Part shown: positions 1 through 14,200 of the stretch, in pieces
Numbering within the stretch: the stretch's first letter is position 1
Layout: each line of letters starts with the position of its first letter
Notes under the pieces: model-generated
Database searches by the model: none
What the model saw: only the letters and a program-made list of their open reading frames with translations
What the model was told of the DNA's origin: nothing
Origin: Botryllus schlosseri
Lineage: Eukaryota
Direction: 5' to 3'
Assembly: GCA_051294905.1 (NCBI GenBank)
Contig: CM119371.1
Span: 38,316,001 to 38,380,000 of the forward strand
DNA: 64,000 nt
Position numbers and translations under genes: made by a program

Positions 1-198
1 AAACCCGAAGACGGCATTGTCTTCAACTCTCAAAGACATGTTTATACTGCCACGAGAATAATTATTCTATCTGTGATGAAAATTTACCAACAAGTCGCTG
101 CAATATTGGTCAATTCAGTACAAAAATAAATATTTGGAAAAGAGCCATATCTTATACCCAAAAGAGCCATAGGTTCCTGACCACTGCTATAACGAAAG

Positions 199-1475
199 CA
201 GAGGTGTCAAAGTAGTCAAAAAAGCTACCAATTAGAAGTAGAAGTAGAAGTAGCGACGCAAAAATCTACTCTAGTACAAGTAGCAGTAATACTTGCAAAA
301 GCCACCTAAAACCACTTCAAGTAGAAGTAGAATTGACTGACTTTGAATCTACTCACGTGAGTGAGTAGATGTGAAAACTATCGTAATTCGTTCGCATGGA
401 CTGTCAAAAGCTGCAAATTAATTTATGTGGAAGGTGCAGAGAGCTTGATTTATACTGATCTATCCCAGCAGCTATCAATTTTTGACAGAATAAGTATTCG
501 TTCGCATCATGGGATGCAAATGATAGTATTGATACGGAAATGCGATACTGATCCTTTGTTTTCTCGAACATCTAGTTTTAGAAAATATCATGGCATGGCG
601 CCCTCTTCCATACTATAAGGCCCGTACTTTAGTCGAAGAGCAATACGGAGAAGTTGTATCGGATAACACTTTGCGAGATTAGTAAACGTTAATAAAAGTA
701 CGATCGATCGTAAAAATGCCATATGGTGTAGCTTCATTTTCGGAAAATAGACGCATTATGACACTTGCTTTTATACTTCAACATGTATGTTTTCAACACA
801 CAAAAAATATGAAACTAATCAGAACCCAAAGCATAACACTGGGAATTGAAAGAGAAATACGAATACTACTTCTAAAAAGCGAAAAGAAAAATTTCATATC
901 TTTTGTCCCGAAAGTTTCAACGGTGGTATGCAAAAACATGTCTAACGCTAAAAAAAAGTCAGAGTCCACTTTTCCAGATTAGGACACACCATTGACTGCT
1001 AGACTACGATATGATAGGTAATTGCTAGATTTCGAAACGGTAGTTTCAAAAGTTATGGTCGGCCATATTTACTGTGATGACATATTTTATGTGAGTGAGA
1101 ATGCGGTGTGAACGGGACCACACAACCCGCTGCCTGGATTATATTCACTAATACTTACGTGAAAACATATTAATCACAATATATCTACTGTGCAAGACGA
1201 AAATTATGGGCTGTAGGCTGCCTAAATTTTATGAAAATTAAATCTAGGCGCTCCGCGCAAATAGCCCTGAAATTCATTAGGCTATCTTTCTGATTGGAGG
1301 ATTAAACGACTGCTACTTGACAAACTGAAAATAGTGAAAAACAAGTAAGTAGATCACAAAATATTACGAAGAGGAAGTAACGGAAATTAGAATTACTTGA
1401 GTAGGTAAAGCAAGTAGTGTAAAACTACTCGAGTACTTCGAAAAAGTAGAAGTACTTCGCTACTGTCCACCTCTG
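199..1475 (+). mobile_element. hAT-type MITE, family A (CAGAGGTG TIRs, AGTAGA subterminal repeats)
   Basis: Starts CAGAGGTGTCAAAGTAG and ends CCACCTCTG; homologous along its length to 9186-10503 (inverted) and 35193-37002. TSD not preserved in this copy. Confidence 0.75.
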
Positions 1476-3827
1476 AACTCGTGTCCACATTTAGTTAATG
1501 ATATCACTTTGACTAGAATTTTGGCATATATTTCTCCACTTTCGTCTTCTTAATATTTTTCCTCGAACGTAAAGCAATTTTTTCAATGCCCGAGGTACAA
1601 CACAATGATATATACTGTGAATGTATAGCGTTTGAATCCTTTACTCAAAAGATTATGAACGTGACCGCAATAGTTCCTATTCGAGCTAATGACCAGGCCA
1701 AGTAAGATGTCTCTTGAGAATTTATACAATTGGTATGCGGAGAGTTCGGAGTCAAGCTAACAATTATCCACGCGCCTACAGGTAATGGCGGTTTCAGTGA
1801 TCCGCGATAAGGGATTATCTGATGCTTGCGACAATCTGTACAAAGAAGCAGAAGTGTTTTCAATACTTTAATGCCGCGGGCAGTGTCAATTCATAATGAC
1901 TTCATTTTTCGATTTTAATATAGTAGCGCCCGTTGCAATCAGAGCCCCACGATACAGATGCGAACAGCAGTGGAAAATGATTCGCCTCATATGGAATATC
2001 AACTCGGAATCGTGTGATCCTCATTATACTGACAATCCTGATTAGAGGTCAAGGAATAAAAGCATGCCAAAAAGTGACTAAAAGCAATTGCCCAACCCGA
2101 AGATGCATCAAAATTGATAAATTGCCCTAAATTTTCGAAAACACCCCCTGCATCATCTCTATACCGGTGAATCTGATCACATGGGCAGAGAAAGGGTAAA
2201 TGTTTGATCGTACTATGAAAAACTACTAAAATTAATGAGGAAATTCATTAGGGATTCCGAAAATTTTCTCGCGCATGGCGCGACGATAACATGTCCCTTA
2301 ACATTACCAGTGACCACTCGAGATTTCGGTGCGTATAGTTAGCCTATTATAATGAAATATATTAGCCCAGAGTTCACCGGAAATGAACATAGACACTTTT
2401 ACATCGGTATTGGGCGTCCAACTTGTTCATTACGACTATGCCCTCGAATGCGGCCGCAGTCTACATGAGTAGTCGTAATGCGGCCGTGCATGGCTAAAAG
2501 ATTGACCACCCCGGATCTAGGCCATTCCTGTGTCTAGCGCATTTTGCGATTGCCAGACGCCACGCAATGCCGTGGTGTGTTCTGACTGCATTCTATTCGG
2601 AAATCATGGGTGGGTTATGTCGGAGTCCGTTACCCCTGTGATGTCTGGGGTAGCCCTGAAGTGTGTTGGTACCGCGTTGCCAACATACTTTAAATAACTT
2701 TCGCTACACTATGTTAAGAATACCAAAGTCAGTATTTCAACGCCAAAAACGATGGAAGTACAAGTCGTACATACGTTACTACGAACAAGTAGAAAAAACT
2801 ACTAGAGTAGTCCAGAAAGTAAAAGTAGTTTTGTACCGATGTCATGCAGCTTTTCGAGGGGCGAGAAATGTAGCCTATGTCAAGCTTGACGAGGTAACGA
2901 TAAATCAAAAAAAGTTTAGGAACCAATGTTTTGGTAGAAGGTATGTATTTCACACAAACATAAAAAATATGAACCGCGTATCGTCCCTTTGTATATATTC
3001 CACGGTAGACACCAGTTATCGTAGAAGTTCTATGGAGTGATGGTTTTGAAGTTAAGGAAAACTGAGATGTTATGCGCTCTTGTACATAGGAGGGTCATTT
3101 GATGACCAGTAATGTTGTAATGATGTGAAATCAAAAATAAAAGGTGGCATCTCGAGACAATGCTGGTTTCCGAACTATCACCGAACACCGCGGAATGCTA
3201 TATTTGTTATCAGATTTAATATCAACCCGCAAGATCGCGGATCAGCTCTCGCGTGATTAGAAGAATATCGACATCGACGCTAAGCTTCGGATTTCACATT
3301 CTCCCCTTTCACACAATTCCCTCTAATTGGCTTGCCGGTGCTATAGTCACCGAGGGGAAGTGCAATCTAATTCACGCGGTAAGCGCGAGCTCGTTTGCAG
3401 CAATGTCAATATATTTTATTTAATACCAACATGAGGAATCGTCACCACGCAATATAAGACGGAACATAACCTTACCGGAAATTCTGCATTTCTCGATTTA
3501 CAAAGAAGCGGATAATATTGTAATCCTTATTTGTAAAAGATGAGCGGCGGTTATCACCACAAGCGAATAGGTATGTTCGAAGGAAACATGATTTCTCGCA
3601 GGCGCGATCTATTCAAGAACAGGAATTTTATCATAACTTATATTTGACTGTTGTAGTTATACTTAACTCCAGTATACAATCGGATATTATATTCAAATTG
3701 TAATAAACACGAATATTATCGGTTGACACTCGTCAAAAGCATGCGCCAGGAACTACCAGATACTTGAAAGTAATATTCTATATCAACAATGATATTATCA
3801 GATATGTATTGCTGCTAAGTGGATGTG

Positions 3828-4103
3828 TTAAAATTGGCATGCGTCCTTAGCACTGTGTGACTTTGCGAGTAGCTTTGCTACCGTTACTAGGTGGTCCGTA
3901 TCGGCCGAGTGTAAGTATTTCGATGCATGATTAACCACATAATGCCGACTTAAGTTATATTCCCTAATACGATCTCCTGCTCCGTGCTCATCACCAATTA
4001 AAGAGATCGATTCACGGCCGTCTTTAGCTAATTCATATTTAGTGCTCCAAATTTTGTTGAAATATCTACCCGTAGTCATATCTTTCATTGTTGAACATAA
4101 CAT
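3828..4103 (-). pseudogene. Decayed hAT (SPIN/GTF2IRD2-like) transposase N-terminal fragment
   Basis: IREYNLSRHYVVNHASKY...DHL resembles the KEYNLxRHYxTKH BED-finger motif of SPIN/GTF2IRD2-type transposases (recognised from memory). No downstream catalytic domain visible. Confidence 0.6.
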
Positions 4104-6497
4104 CGTTTGTGAGTGAGGATAACCGAGAACACGTGCATTGCTGCATTATTTTACGAATCCAGATTGGGAAACGTATGACGTAAACCTGTCAACAAACAAT
4201 ATTTGAACTTGAATATGGAAATAGTGACTTGTAACTTCAATTGTTACGGTAAACTTTGATATATTGGCTTTATTTTGTACCCGGGTTACTCACACGACGT
4301 ACGTAGCGGGTAATCACGGTGCATAAATAAACTAGATTTCAAAGTAAATGCATTTCCGGTTCATATTATACAGCATATATCACGCATTATCATTATTAAA
4401 TAGATTTCATAGTCTAATTTCAATGGAACTTATCGCGGGGCGCTCAGAATCGAAGCTCGGAATCCTAAGCAAAGCCCAATTTCGGGCAGGGACAAAACTA
4501 GCGCGCCACAAAGAGAGTAGCGCTATAACTAATTAATAGATGGGTGGTTTGGTATTGGCAATTTATCGGATGAGACATATCGAATCCCTTCCTTTCTCTC
4601 TCTCCCTTATATGTTGCTCGTTACGGATCATTGCTTCCGCTACTCTCGTTGTCATATCGATCTTCAATTTGACAACTTCTTCACAACTGTTTTCACCTGA
4701 CACTCGTCAGTGGTAATCGTTAGCTAATACGAAAGGAACATCGTATATCAACAATCATATCACCAAATATGACGTTGCCGGAATGAGAATTCGAGTAATC
4801 AAGGCGAACAGATGACTGAATGTATTACTTTAATATTATATACTAACTCCTAACGTTCGCAGAAATTTGGTTCACCGGGTGGCGATAAAAGTTCGAAACC
4901 AAGGCACATGAATGAAATAATGAACGGCTCCTCCCGACGATTCGAAATCTGTCGTCTCGGTAATTTATCGCACAAATATAATTATCAGTTAACCGTTTGC
5001 CAATATCGAACTTCATGGCTGTTGCCCGTTCTAAATATGGACCAGATTCCTTACAATAACTCGAACGACAAACCCAGCCGTTTAAAGCTCCCTGTCCAAT
5101 ACCATATCGTCATCAGACCAACACTTTTCAAGCAATCTCAATCTCTGTCTTTTACAGGGCATTTTTCACCTCTGATTTTAGTAAAATGTGTAAATATTGT
5201 ACTCTGTGGAAAGGATGCCGATGTGTTACGTGTTACTCCGCAAGCTGCAGTTAAGCTATATAGCGAAACGAATTTACAGCAGATACAATAATCGTCGCTC
5301 GGCGGTATTGCACTTCATGAAACAATCAGTTTTATGTGTTCCTCTCGAGTACATACGGTTTAGATTTTCAAAACTTTTGATAATTCCATGGCAACTTCTA
5401 GTAATAATTTGTTAAAGGGATAAATAGTTACATCAAGGTGTCAATTGGCTGTTAAAGTTCACTGTCCAGAAAAAAATGATTATTTCGCTGTGGGATTTAA
5501 AATCAACGCACGAGATCTTTAACTGGTTTGAGCGCCTTTGGAGAGAATTGACTTCGACGCTTAGCTTTCACAGACGCCCCTCCGACGCAGTTTCCTCTGA
5601 TCCGTTTTTCGCTGGATGGCAGTTCAACCGGAAACAGGATATATCCGTCATGTGACGTATTTTCAAGCGAAGAGCGACATATATGCCTTTATACAAACTT
5701 GATAAATCGGTGAGCTTCAAAATCTAGTCTCAATCTAAACCTGATTCCACGCAACAGTTGATGCGATTTGACGAAATTTCGTTAAGGTTTCGCTCAATCA
5801 CACAGTTCAGCATTAACGCTTTGTCTCCTGGCGTCCTTGATATCAGCTCAGAAAAATCTCAGGCTACAGTTACATCGAATAAAAGTTTCACTCAGTTTGC
5901 TATATACAGAGGTTATCATAGTCTGTCTCATTTTCCCTCGTCTACAAGTGGAATTTTCCACAATACGCATGGTTCCGGTCGTTACCCGGATGTGGCCACA
6001 TTAGAATCTGAAATATGTATCCACGCGCTTGGCATTACCTGAACCGATAGAAGACAGATGCTGTGCATTAGTAGGAGAGGTCGAAGTCTTGACGAGTTGC
6101 TTCATTTCGTAAAGACTGTAGCACAGACGGAACTGAGGGAGCTGCGGGCGATGGGATGCAGCTTTGTGGGCCGGCCGCTACCATCGTCATTGAGGTGGGA
6201 CGAAGAAGAGGTGTTAGGGTTATAGTGTTATTGGCTGTTTGCACCCGCGAGCAAATTTCTGTTTTCGTTCAGTCGCAGGTATGCTTTAGAGCCGGGCTTC
6301 CCAACCTGTAAGCCATTAGAGGGGCATTGATTCCAATGATATTCTAAGGGGGACGAGGCATAAAAAGGTAGGGAGCCTCTGGTGGGGTCACTTCGCTCTC
6401 TCTTTATATATATGATTAAAATTGAGCGCAATCGCGGTCATCACCCTTACTTAGACGTCGTATTCGAACTGCAGTTGAGAGAAAAAACTCTCTAGTG

Positions 6498-6900
6498 CAG
6501 TGGTTTGCAAACTTTTTCGGCCTGTGGCACACAAGTAAAATCATATTACGCTCGCGGTACACTCACAAGAAAGTAGCTTTAAAATATAGTCGAAAACAAG
6601 GCGTTAGGTCAATAAATGAGCTGTTCTACTCTTGTAAAACGATTGCTTGATTTATGGCTTCCAAATCGATTGACTACGCAGCTATATTTGTTTACAGCAA
6701 ATCCTGAGAAGTATTGGTGAAGTGTAAGTAAGTGTACATATTGTCATATTTTGACCTTAAAAAACTTAATTATGACAAAATCTTGACCTTGCGTTTGTAC
6801 ATTAGGTGTTTTCATACATAATGTTAGAATTGTACTACTAATATTCATTTCTGGTTGGAACTGACTGTCCTTACGAAGTAGTTTGACCTGACAAACTTTT
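6498..6900 (+). mobile_element. hAT MITE left end (right end not found)
   Basis: CAGTGGTTTGCAAACTTTTT directly follows CTCTAGTG. No matching right TIR seen, so the end coordinate is approximate. Confidence 0.4.
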
Positions 6901-8255
6901 TGCCTATTTTAACCAAATCTAGACCTATGAAGAATTCCAGTAGTTACACCACGCATTTTGGTGGAAATAATTAGAATTTGTTGTAGTACAACGAAAGATA
7001 CTCTCCTACATTCTCGGCAGAAAGTATCGGTCTTTACTAAGTAGCTTGCCAAGAATGCAGAAAGAACGTGCAACACAGAACTTGTGCATACGCTGCCGGT
7101 GACACACCGTGTTGCCTCATTCTGACAATGTTGTCTACAACCACATCACAATATTTCATCATGCGCTTCTTGACATAAGAACCAATGCCCACACAGTCGT
7201 GCTGCAGTTAGAATATTGCGGTACGTTGGGCATACCACCTCGTCTACCTATTTGTTTCATTTGACCATTTATGATTCACAATGAGCAGACAATGGGCAGA
7301 CAACAACGGTAGGCCTATGAAGTGGGCTACAAAATGTAAAATGATAAGTTCACCGACAGTGCAAAGATCTACGATACAAGCGAAATGCATGTTGCAAAAA
7401 ATTTTGGACATTATAAACAATTTTGACAATTTTTTTTATCCTAACGCTACAATATTGACAAATTTTTGACTTTTTTTGACATGTCGAAAATAAATTGCCC
7501 TTCTAATCCCTTCATGGCGAGAGTGAAAAATTTAGTTCCTGATGACTGGCCCGATTTTCTCGCATGTCAGCGCCACGTCAGTGTCACGGCAGTGTCAGCT
7601 GACCGATGAAATGCACAGATATCGAAATCAGATTCTATATTTCCTCGTCTTTCTCGGTTCCACGATTAGAAACGCATCATCGCGAATACTACCTCCACAG
7701 GGACGCAATATTAACTGCAAAGGATCCCCTGTTTAAGCGATGTATGCTGCCTTTGGCATCACACTACTACGCGATATTGCCTTCACAGGTGAATCCCGTA
7801 TTGTAGCACAGAAAATAACACGAAATAGGATCGCGAACTAAATATTTACTGGTCGAGGAAACGGAAAAGTACCGAAAGAATTTGCGGGAATATATCAGAA
7901 TTACAAACGCACAAACAGGAAATCTATATCGAACATAATGGCAGAATGTTCCGCACTATACTAGACATTGTAAAGTTGCAGCGATTTAGTCCACACCGAT
8001 TACAATTGAGAACTTGAAATGGACTCGAAAATTTCGCTTAAAATCACGAATCAATCCGCATTCATGAAACAACGAGTGCAACACAAGTATTAGTATCGAA
8101 TTTATAGCTAGACAGTTATTTCTTATTTGGCGAAGCAACTGAGAGAGAAATTCCGGAACTATGTCAGTAACAAACGCCCGAAATACACGATCACTATGAC
8201 TTTTGAGTTGCCATTGTCCTAATAGTGTGATTGAACGCGACCCCGTCATATATGC

Positions 8256-11200
8256 TTAGGGAGGACAGTACTCGCAAACGTAGAAGGCCGTCGATAAACT
8301 CATTGGGAACTGAATGGTACTGTAGCTGCTACCGATCGCAGTGGCACCCGCGGAGTCATCTCCATCCCCGATCAGAGTCGTGTCGCTGTCTGTGACGTAA
8401 TCGGAATGGACAGAGTTAGCAAAGTCGAAAAACTCGATCCATTGAAGCACGATATCGTTGGGGTCGCTGTCGTTGTCGCGAAGAGGCAACCAAACGGTGC
8501 CCGTCAATCCCAAGTGGTCCCGAAAAAGCGCTCTAAAATTGGAAAGGAATGGTTAATGTCATAGTGTCATGACTAAGGCTGGGTACAATGACTCGAGTAC
8601 GCGGATCTGAATCGAGTATTATTTCTTTTGATTACCGTCGATTAGTAAGATACAATTCCTTCGAGTAACGAAATTATGCGCTCGCTGCCAATAATGGTTG
8701 TATCAGATCGAGCTTTGCGACGATGGCGTTTGTTTGCTTCAACAAACTTGAAACGCTGGAAACGCCAGCGAATATAATTGACAGTTTTAATTAATTCAGC
8801 TTCGACGCCAGAAGTGATAGTAGATCCAAGGCAAAGATAGAAGAGAGAATCAGTCATCCATGTCCAATGTCCATATATAAACGTGTATATTGTGTACAAA
8901 ATCTATGTCGATTTAGTATTTATCCTTGTGAAATAATGGTCGATCTGTTTGCCTCCCTTGCCTTGAACTCAACTTATACTGCCACATTCCGTGTACCACT
9001 AGGTATTTTTTTAACCAAGTCACAATGATGTGGCTGTTGGTATATTATATTGGTATGTGCTATAGCCTATAGGCCTATGCCCTGATCCGTGGACATATGA
9101 GGCAATATATAGATATCTCATGAAATCAAATATCCTCACATGCAGCATGATATGTAATATCTTCACGTATGATTTATATAACAACCAGAGGTGGTCAGTA
9201 ACGAAGTACTTCTACTTTTTCGAAGTACTCAAGTAGTTTGCCTCTACTTCTGGTACTTACTCAAGTAGATCGAATTTTCCCTAATTCTACTTCTACTTAG
9301 TAATATTTTGTGATCTACTTACTTACTTTTCGCTATTTTCAGTTTGTCAAGTAGAAGTAGTATAATCATCCTATCCGAAAGAGAGATTGAGGAATTTCGA
9401 TGCTGTTTTCATGGAGTACTAACATACAATTTTCATAAAAGTTAAGTAAAGCCTAGAAATTCCATCGCGCTTCGCGCAAAGTAGATATGGAGGGACAAGT
9501 ATGTTTTCACGAAAACATTGGTGAAGAGGCTACAATTTACGCAGCGGTAGCGTGGCTCGCTTTACTCCCAGCGTATTGTCGTCCATATGAAATAGTTCAT
9601 CACAGTAAATATGCCCATCACAACGCTTAAAACTAGTAATTTCACAATCTAGCATTTACAACAATCATATCGTAATCCAGCAGCCCAGCATGGCGTGTCC
9701 TAATCTGGCCTCTCTGACTTTTTGACCGTCAGTCCTGTTTTAGCAGACCGCTGTTGAAGCTACCTGGACAAGAGACATGTAACACATTTTCCGCTTTTCA
9801 GAAGTAGTGCTTGTATTTCTCTTTTAATTCACAGTAGCATTAGTTTGAGTTCTAATTAGTTTCAGTTCCTTTGTCGGGATCTGCATGGGGAACTAACATG
9901 TGGAAGTTTAAAAGCTATAGGCCTAGCGTAATAATGCCTTCAATTTTTGGAAAATATAATTTCACTGTAGTATGGCATTTTTACGATCCGCCATATTTTT
10001 AGTACCGTATACTAATCTCGCAAATTCTTAACACCGTATCCGATACAACTTCTTCGTATTGCTCTTCGACTAAACTATGGACCTTATAATATGGGTGAGG
10101 GCGCCGCACCATGACGTTTTCTAAAACGGGGTGTTCGGGTAAACAAAGATTGGGATCCACAGCGATTTCCATAGCGATATTAGGATTTGCATCCTATGTT
10201 GCAGACGAATGCTTATGCTCCCGAAAATTGATACCTCATGTGATGCATTCATATGAATCAAGCTCTCTGAACCCTCCGTATAGCTCAATTTGCAACTTTT
10301 GACAGTACATGAGAACGTATTATGACCGTTTTCAAAACTACTTACTTACTTGAGTAGATTTTATGCCAGGAAATTCTACTTCTACTTCAAGTAGTTTTTG
10401 GTTGCCCTTGAAAAAAGTACTTCTACTTGTACTTGAGTAGATTTTTGCGTCGCTACTTCTACTTCTACTTGAGTAGCCTTCTTGACTACTTTGACCACCT
10501 CTGATAACAACATGTAATCATATCACAAGATATTTAGGACTCGGGGTACACAGCACTGCATATCCAGGCGACATGACGGATTACCAACCTCGGTCTTCTT
10601 GAAATGGCGTTGGATTCCAATATGGCAGCTTGATGTACAGGACAATGCCGAAGAAGCAAACAAAATTACTATCGGGTAGCAGATAGCGGAGAAGCCTTAG
10701 CAGATTTTCAATCTTTGTGTGCCTATTACGTATTAGATCTTCTGATGAATATTGATGCTACACACAACGCAGTTTAGTACCATGATTCTTACTTTCTACA
10801 ATCGCTGCTGCTATCCGGTGCGATGAAATCAATGCTCTAGCTAGGCGTATTCGCTTGACTCTCGGTGATGTCAATAAATCATTGTGAAACTCTTAGTCAC
10901 ATGCGCGTACCAAGGTCATTCATACGCAATAATGCCTCAATCCCATGAAGCGGGCGCTCGCAACGTCGGCGAATTTGGCAAAACGACGCGTGATACCACC
11001 TCAAGAATATATTTATCAACGTAAATTATAGTTTTGATAGTGCTTTCCGCAATAGAAGCCTTAACATGTCGATTGCTCGTATCGCATTTCGCAACTTATG
11101 AAACATGTTGTGCAAAGCTACGCACGTTAGTGAAATCAGATATCTGTTAAGTCGTGTTGATCCCACAACATTGCCAGAATAGCGCAATGAAATAGGCGTG

Positions 11201-14200
11201 GTTGCAAAGATAACAAATTAGCTTTAATGTGACGTGGAGCTAGCATTATATTCTTTGCGGTCGCAAAAAGGTACATATTTGTAATGACGTCATACTGAGT
11301 GAAACCCGTAGCCTATTATCATATTCCAGGTGTCGCCAACCTTTTTGAAACCAATAGCTACTTCATACTGAATAATGCGACGGACTACCATTTACGCCGG
11401 CCGTTTATCAGTTTTCAGTTGAATTTCTTCACTTTGACCAGGGGTTATCGAACTTTTGTAGACACGTCCCCCTTCATGATTGTGAAAAATGTCTCGCTCC
11501 TTATCGTCATGTCGCAAAATGCAGATGTTTTCACGCCCCTGAGGAATTAGACACCAAAATCGTTAAAATATCTATGCGCTACGTGCTACCATTTCACATG
11601 GCTATGTTTAACAAAATATTCAACTGGTATTCTTTTCGCTCTCCGCGCGATTAACCCCCAGCTGTATAGACCAAATCCCATATTCGAGACGTGTCCCAAC
11701 AGCCATAACACCTTCCATGCCACAAAACAATGCGTTGGGCTTTCAAAAAATTATGGTTGTTACTGTCTTCAATATATTTTGATACGACGATAAGGAGAGG
11801 TCATATTTTTCACTATCATCAAGGGGTGCGCGTCCAAAAAAGTTTGAGAACCACCGCTTTACTCAGAATCGAATCACTCTGTTACTCGATTTCGCCAAAG
11901 CCTATTCGCGACAGCAGTCGTGCCATAAGTGGAAGCAAATTGCATTACTCACTGACGATCGAGTGTTGTCCTGACGTTCTTATGGGCAAGGACGGCGCCT
12001 TTATCCTGGCAATCTTCCATGGCCTCGAGGAAAAAGTTTGGAGTCATCGCGGTTTGATAGCGACATCCTTTGTATTCCTTCCAATCCTGGAAATCGTCCT
12101 GGACCATCGGAAAGTTTTGTGAGATTATGGACGTAACTTTCCAAGTCACGAGACCCGGGTCTGCACCGATACTCTTGCCAAGTCCTGATATTTCTCCCTA
12201 ACTAGCTCGGTAATGACTTATGAGTGTAAAAATGAATTTATCTGATGTAAGTTGCATTAGGTATTGGTTGCGGAAAGTGGGGCACCCTTGTACTCGGTCT
12301 CATTGAAGTAGTAGGGGAGATGTGGTACCGATGGATCAAAATTTGGAGATAATCTTTGGCCCCCAAGTCTTCAGCCCATATCAGCAGATCGTATGCTGTC
12401 ACAGCACTTTGATACAAGCTCTACCTATAGGACATAAATATATATGAACATTCGCCTTTTCAAAAAACATTTATGAACGTGCAAAATTTGTTGCTCGAAC
12501 GTATCATCGGTCCGCACCCGGTGGGTCCAAAGGCTCACGACCCGGGGACTAATGTAACATACGCTCAAACACTCAACTGCTTTAACGTTGTTGCTGTGTA
12601 ATGTAATCTAAGCTACAGCAAGCCAAAGAAGAACGTGTAGTCACAATCGTCAAAAATTAGAATAACTATTAATAACTCAGATGTCGCTATAACATCACCC
12701 TGGAACTTACAAATTACAGGGTACATTCATATTGCCCGTAAATCGACATTTTGACTTCCAAATAGCTCGTTATAGCGATAAAACATCACAGGCAATTGTT
12801 ACATAAAGAATATCTGTATGTAGTTATGTTTCAGTTGTTGCATGTTTAGTTAGTGCAACTATTTTGGTTCATTTGGCAATATTATATCATCGGCCCCCAA
12901 CCTAGGCTATAAATTGTATAAATGAATCGGAAAAAGTCCACTCATTGATTGTATTGGTAAAAAAGAACATATGCATTATATAGACTGATGCAATCTCTAT
13001 ACTTTACATTAAAACTGATTGCTGATTTGTCCATGTTGAAGGTTACAAAGAAAAATGTATGCGTCGATCTAAATTTATTCTACACCCCCCAAACATAAAA
13101 CATTTGTCACAGACCCCATAACTCGCGCACGTCGAAGATTTGTGTATGTGAGGAAAGATTCTGCCAGCATAATTGTAGACAAATTAACAGATTGTAATGA
13201 TGGTATAATCACGAAGAATTTTTCAAGTATTTTCGGTCCCAGTGATCCATCGGTACCACATCTCCCCGACACCCTTGAAAAGTTCTGGTTCGCCCTAGCA
13301 GGTACCCCTACGATACACCCTGTTGAATACCACTGGTTTAGATAACTAATCCACAGAGAACACGGGACTGCGCGGCTCGGCAAACGGAGTCGACTATCAA
13401 TTTATCGTATATTCGTAAACAAATATAGCAATGTTATAGCTTGCGAACAGAGCGAAAAATGAAATGGAACTGCTCTTTCCCGAAAGCTACTGCCGCACCG
13501 ATTCTGGAAATACATATTACTAGCTGCTAAGGGCACTGTAGACATCCTGAAATTGTCCTTAAATGTTGAATATCGGCAATGCTGGGATTGTTCGCACCGA
13601 TTGCTATTTCCAGCTGTATCAAGTGGGCCTACTGTCATGTGTTGCGAATCTATCAGTACCTTATTTATCTATAGGTAACATCCGTAACAGCAGTTATAGC
13701 AGTCATGACATCGAACTTGCCACGTGATTGGACGTGACTGTGCTTCAGCTGTGACGCAATTACTGGACATGGCAGTTGGTCAAAGAATTCATTGTCGGCA
13801 CTCCGGTATAAAAGAAGAGGTAACTACGTATATATCTCGACTCAACTGAAAGTACAAGTGCTTTGAGACACCAATAACTTTTGTTTCTAATAAACGTGAA
13901 GAAGTCAAGTTTTATATATTAGCACTGTTTGCCATTTGCTAAAGAGTATTTAACGGTAACATGCATGTTACTTATGATTCTGTCGGCAGTGTGTGTCCAG
14001 GAGTTCAACGAAAAGTAGAATCATCAAATCAATGATACGATCGCTGCTCGCAGATTCAAATTTTCAGGCTGTTGTCAGAATCGGCTCAACAGACTGTCAT
14101 CGCAAATTTCGATAAAGCAGATATTGATACATAGTGCCAGAATCAGTGACGCAGTAGCTTTCGAGAAATACCAGTTCTAATACATTTTGCGCTGTGTTCG

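Noticed and set aside
199-420. AGTAGAAGTAG and GACTCGAGTC short repeat arrays resembling regulatory or CRISPR-like repeats
   Set aside because: No constant repeat-spacer periodicity; they are subterminal motifs of hAT MITEs in a eukaryotic genome.
3240-3630. Shared plus-strand 'ghost' reading frame across paralogous blocks (3240-3630 / 25540-25900 / 45850-46230; similar hints at 6090-6280 and 20900-21070), e.g. SGAYHHKRLGMFEGNM
   Set aside because: The copies have in-frame stops, some shared. A hand count of unit 1 vs unit 2 differences gave 18/16/27 at codon positions 1/2/3, which is weak for a frame chosen after the fact. Another block showed no bias (11/8/8). No protein family recognised. 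A TBLASTX/HMM search would settle it.
6940-7250. Cys-containing stretch resembling a piggyBac C-terminal cysteine-rich domain
   Set aside because: It needs several frameshifts to assemble, and no TTAA TSD or piggyBac TIRs were found.
7648-7676. 29-nt perfect match to 29088-29116 downstream of the lectin stop codons (possible 3' UTR element)
   Set aside because: A run this long is expected somewhere between roughly 80%-identical duplicated regions, and it is not evident in unit 3.
12099-12149. N-terminal extensions of exon 5 ORFs (IISQNFPMV, RISQNFPMS) that look conserved
   Set aside because: All three genes share CAG|GAC at the acceptor with a CTCAC/CTTAC branch-point-like motif upstream. 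The apparent conservation is intronic splice signal, and gene 3 hits a stop shortly upstream.
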